From an uncultured Sphingomonas sp. (lineage in GTDB: Bacteria; Pseudomonadota; Alphaproteobacteria; Sphingomonadales; Sphingomonadaceae): a stretch of 64,000 bases of DNA. This document shows, piece after piece, positions 62,321 to 64,000 of the stretch. The DNA is taken from assembly GCF_913062585.1 (NCBI RefSeq), contig NZ_CAJXWX010000003.1, positions 136,438 to 200,437 of the forward strand, given 5' to 3'. The translations under genes were made by a program, and so were the position numbers. How positions within the stretch are numbered: the stretch's first letter is position 1; each line of letters starts with the position of its first letter. Below the pieces are notes generated by a model that saw nothing but the letters and a program-made list of their open reading frames with translations, was not told the origin of the DNA and ran no database searches.

Positions 62321-62680
62321 ATGTGTCATGTGCTGATTATCGAGGATGAACCATTCATCGCCATGAGCATCCAGGTGATGCTCGAGGAGGAAGGTGCGAC
62401 GTCGTTCGACTTCGCCGTTACCGAGCAGGATGCGGTGGCGGCGGCGATGGCACATCGCCCGGAACTGATAACCTCCGACGTGAAGCTGATCGAGGGTACC
62501 GGCCCCATGGCGGTGGCCCAGATCCATGAACGGCTGGGAGCCCTGCCGGTCATCTTCATCAGCGCGACTCCCGGCGAATGTAAACCTTGCGACCCACCCG
62601 GAATCGTCCTGAGCAAGCCGCTTCGCGAGGGCGATCTGAAGGACGCCTTCCACAGGATCGGAATGTGCGAAAGCGGATAG
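62321..62680 (+). CDS. single-domain response regulator
   Basis: LIIEDE, TSDVKL, ISA, KP. Confidence 0.88.
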   Translation: MCHVLIIEDEPFIAMSIQVMLEEEGATSFDFAVTEQDAVAAAMAHRPELITSDVKLIEGTGPMAVAQIHERLGALPVIFISATPGECKPCDPPGIVLSKPLREGDLKDAFHRIGMCESG

Positions 62681-62780
62681 GCCAGCGGTCGACGCAGCCG
62701 TTCGCAAAGATTGATTGCCCATCATTTCAAGGACCTGTGCCATCTATTGACACGAATGTGACGTACGCGCAGTGCGAGCC

Positions 62781-64000
62781 ATGACCTCCCGACTTTCCTG
62801 CAATGTTTCGCTGACCCCTGAGCTGAAGAGCTTCATTGCGGACAGCATCGTCACGGGCGACTATGCCAATGTCAGCGAAGTCGTCCGGGCGGGTCTGCGT
62901 GCCCTGCGTGACGGACAGGGCGTCGTGGTCCGGCCGATGATTCAGGACTGGCCCGCCTCTGGTGGGGAATGTGGCGCACTCATTCGCAATCGGGATTGGA
63001 GCCGAACTTCACTCGGGACTCCGCAAGGATGGTCGCACGAGATGCGCGCGACCATCTCGAATCTCGTCAATTCACCGGTCGCCAAGGTGCTCATGTGGGG
63101 CCCCGACCACGTCATGTTCTACAATGACGCATATCGGGAAATCGCAGGCGACCGGCATCCGCTGGCGCTCGGAATGCCGGTCGCCGAGGCATTTCCGGAG
63201 GTCTGGGACTGGAATGGTCCGGTGCTGGCTGCCGTCCTGAAGGGTGAGGCTCAGTCCCATCTCGACCAGCCCATCGTATTCCAGCGGCCCGATGGCCCAC
63301 AGACGCTGTTCCTCGGCCTATTCTACACGCCCGTCTACGATGCGGATGGCCAGCCGGGCGGCGTATTGTGCACGATCATCGACAACAGCGCGCGCATCGC
63401 AGCCGAGCAGAAGGTCGCGGCCAGCGAGGCGGAACTGCGTCGGATTACCGACGCCGTGCCGATGCTCGTTTCCTATGTCGATCGGGACCACGTCTACCGC
63501 TTCGCCAATGCCGACTATCAGACTTGGTTCGGCATAGCGCCCGACGCCATGGTCGGCAGGCATGTGCGAGACGTGATCGGCGACGTCGCCTATAGCGACC
63601 GCCGTGCAGACCTCGATGCCTCGCTAGCAGGGGCTTCGATCGTGGCGGAGACGGTGCTCCAGCATCGCGAGCTGGGCCCACGTCAGACCGAGATTCGCTA
63701 TGTGCCGCATATCGGCGATGATGGTACCACGCACGGCGTCTACATACTTGGCATCGACGTCGGAGAACGAGCCGAACGGGAAGCACAGATCAGGGCCAGC
63801 AACAGCCGCTTCCGTACCGCCATGGAGGCAGTGCACGGCGTCCTGTGGACCAACAGCGCGGATGGGCGGATGATCGGGGAGCAGCCAGGCTGGGCTGCGC
63901 TCACCGGTCAGAGCACCGACGAGTATCAAGGCTTCGGCTGGTCCTCGGCGGTCCACCCCGACGATGCTGCCGGCAGCGTCATCGCATGGAACGAAGCGGT
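62781..64000 (+). CDS. ParD-like RHH domain fused to tandem PAS domains, probable sensor kinase (partial, not in ORF track)
   Basis: Manual translation open for 406 codons: NVSLTPELKSFI..GDYANVSEVVRAGLRAL, then DWSRTSLG..GW, FYNDAY, YVDRDHVYRFAN, GWSSAVHPDD. Confidence 0.85.
   Translation, partial: MTSRLSCNVSLTPELKSFIADSIVTGDYANVSEVVRAGLRALRDGQGVVVRPMIQDWPASGGECGALIRNRDWSRTSLGTPQGWSHEMRATISNLVNSPVAKVLMWGPDHVMFYNDAYREIAGDRHPLALGMPVAEAFPEVWDWNGPVLAAVLKGEAQSHLDQPIVFQRPDGPQTLFLGLFYTPVYDADGQPGGVLCTIIDNSARIAAEQKVAASEAELRRITDAVPMLVSYVDRDHVYRFANADYQTWFGIAPDAMVGRHVRDVIGDVAYSDRRADLDASLAGASIVAETVLQHRELGPRQTEIRYVPHIGDDGTTHGVYILGIDVGERAEREAQIRASNSRFRTAMEAVHGVLWTNSADGRMIGEQPGWAALTGQSTDEYQGFGWSSAVHPDDAAGSVIAWNEA

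Larger units (their letters stand above)
49362..64000. mobile_element. putative genomic island next to the tRNA-Trp 3' end (open at right edge)
   Basis: Switch to accessory genes right after the tRNA, AT-richer spacers, less GC3-biased codons, no host REP-like repeats seen; no integrase or att repeat seen in the window. Confidence 0.65.

Noticed and set aside
62781-62920. Stand-alone ParDE toxin-antitoxin pair
   Set aside because: The RHH segment has no stop codon, continues into PAS domains, and no ParE-like ORF is adjacent
49362-64000. att direct repeat of the tRNA-Trp 3' end
   Set aside because: Not seen by eye within the window; island boundaries remain unproven

Overview
High-GC alphaproteobacterial chromosome segment. 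Gene content, repeat families and RpsL sequence fit a Sphingomonas-like organism (inference). 1-49361 is core genome: ATP12/HAD/RluA/CrcB cluster, three glycine-zipper paralogues, PadR-HAAS pair, fumC, sspB, hisB-H-A-F-E, transporters, M1 peptidase, msrB, queG, lepB-rnc-era, xerC, the str-S10-spc ribosomal cluster (rpsL to adk, minus strand) and tRNA-Trp. The core is studded with REP-like palindromic repeats. Directly after tRNA-Trp (49362 to the window end) lies an accessory island in which I saw none of those repeats and no integrase. It holds (i) a stand-alone CHC2 primase zinc finger, a four-gene minus-strand cluster with a DEDDh exonuclease, and a divergent orphan ArsR; (ii) an anti-phage dCTP deaminase (AvcD-like) translationally coupled to an uncharacterised 173-aa protein resembling a degenerate DUF488 domain, which is the best candidate for an undescribed defence-system variant; (iii) a two-component signalling cluster. 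The cluster ends in an ORF missing from the supplied track that fuses a ParD-like ribbon-helix-helix domain in frame to at least three PAS domains. Start codons were refined by eye. Family assignments rest on motifs recognised from memory, not on database searches.
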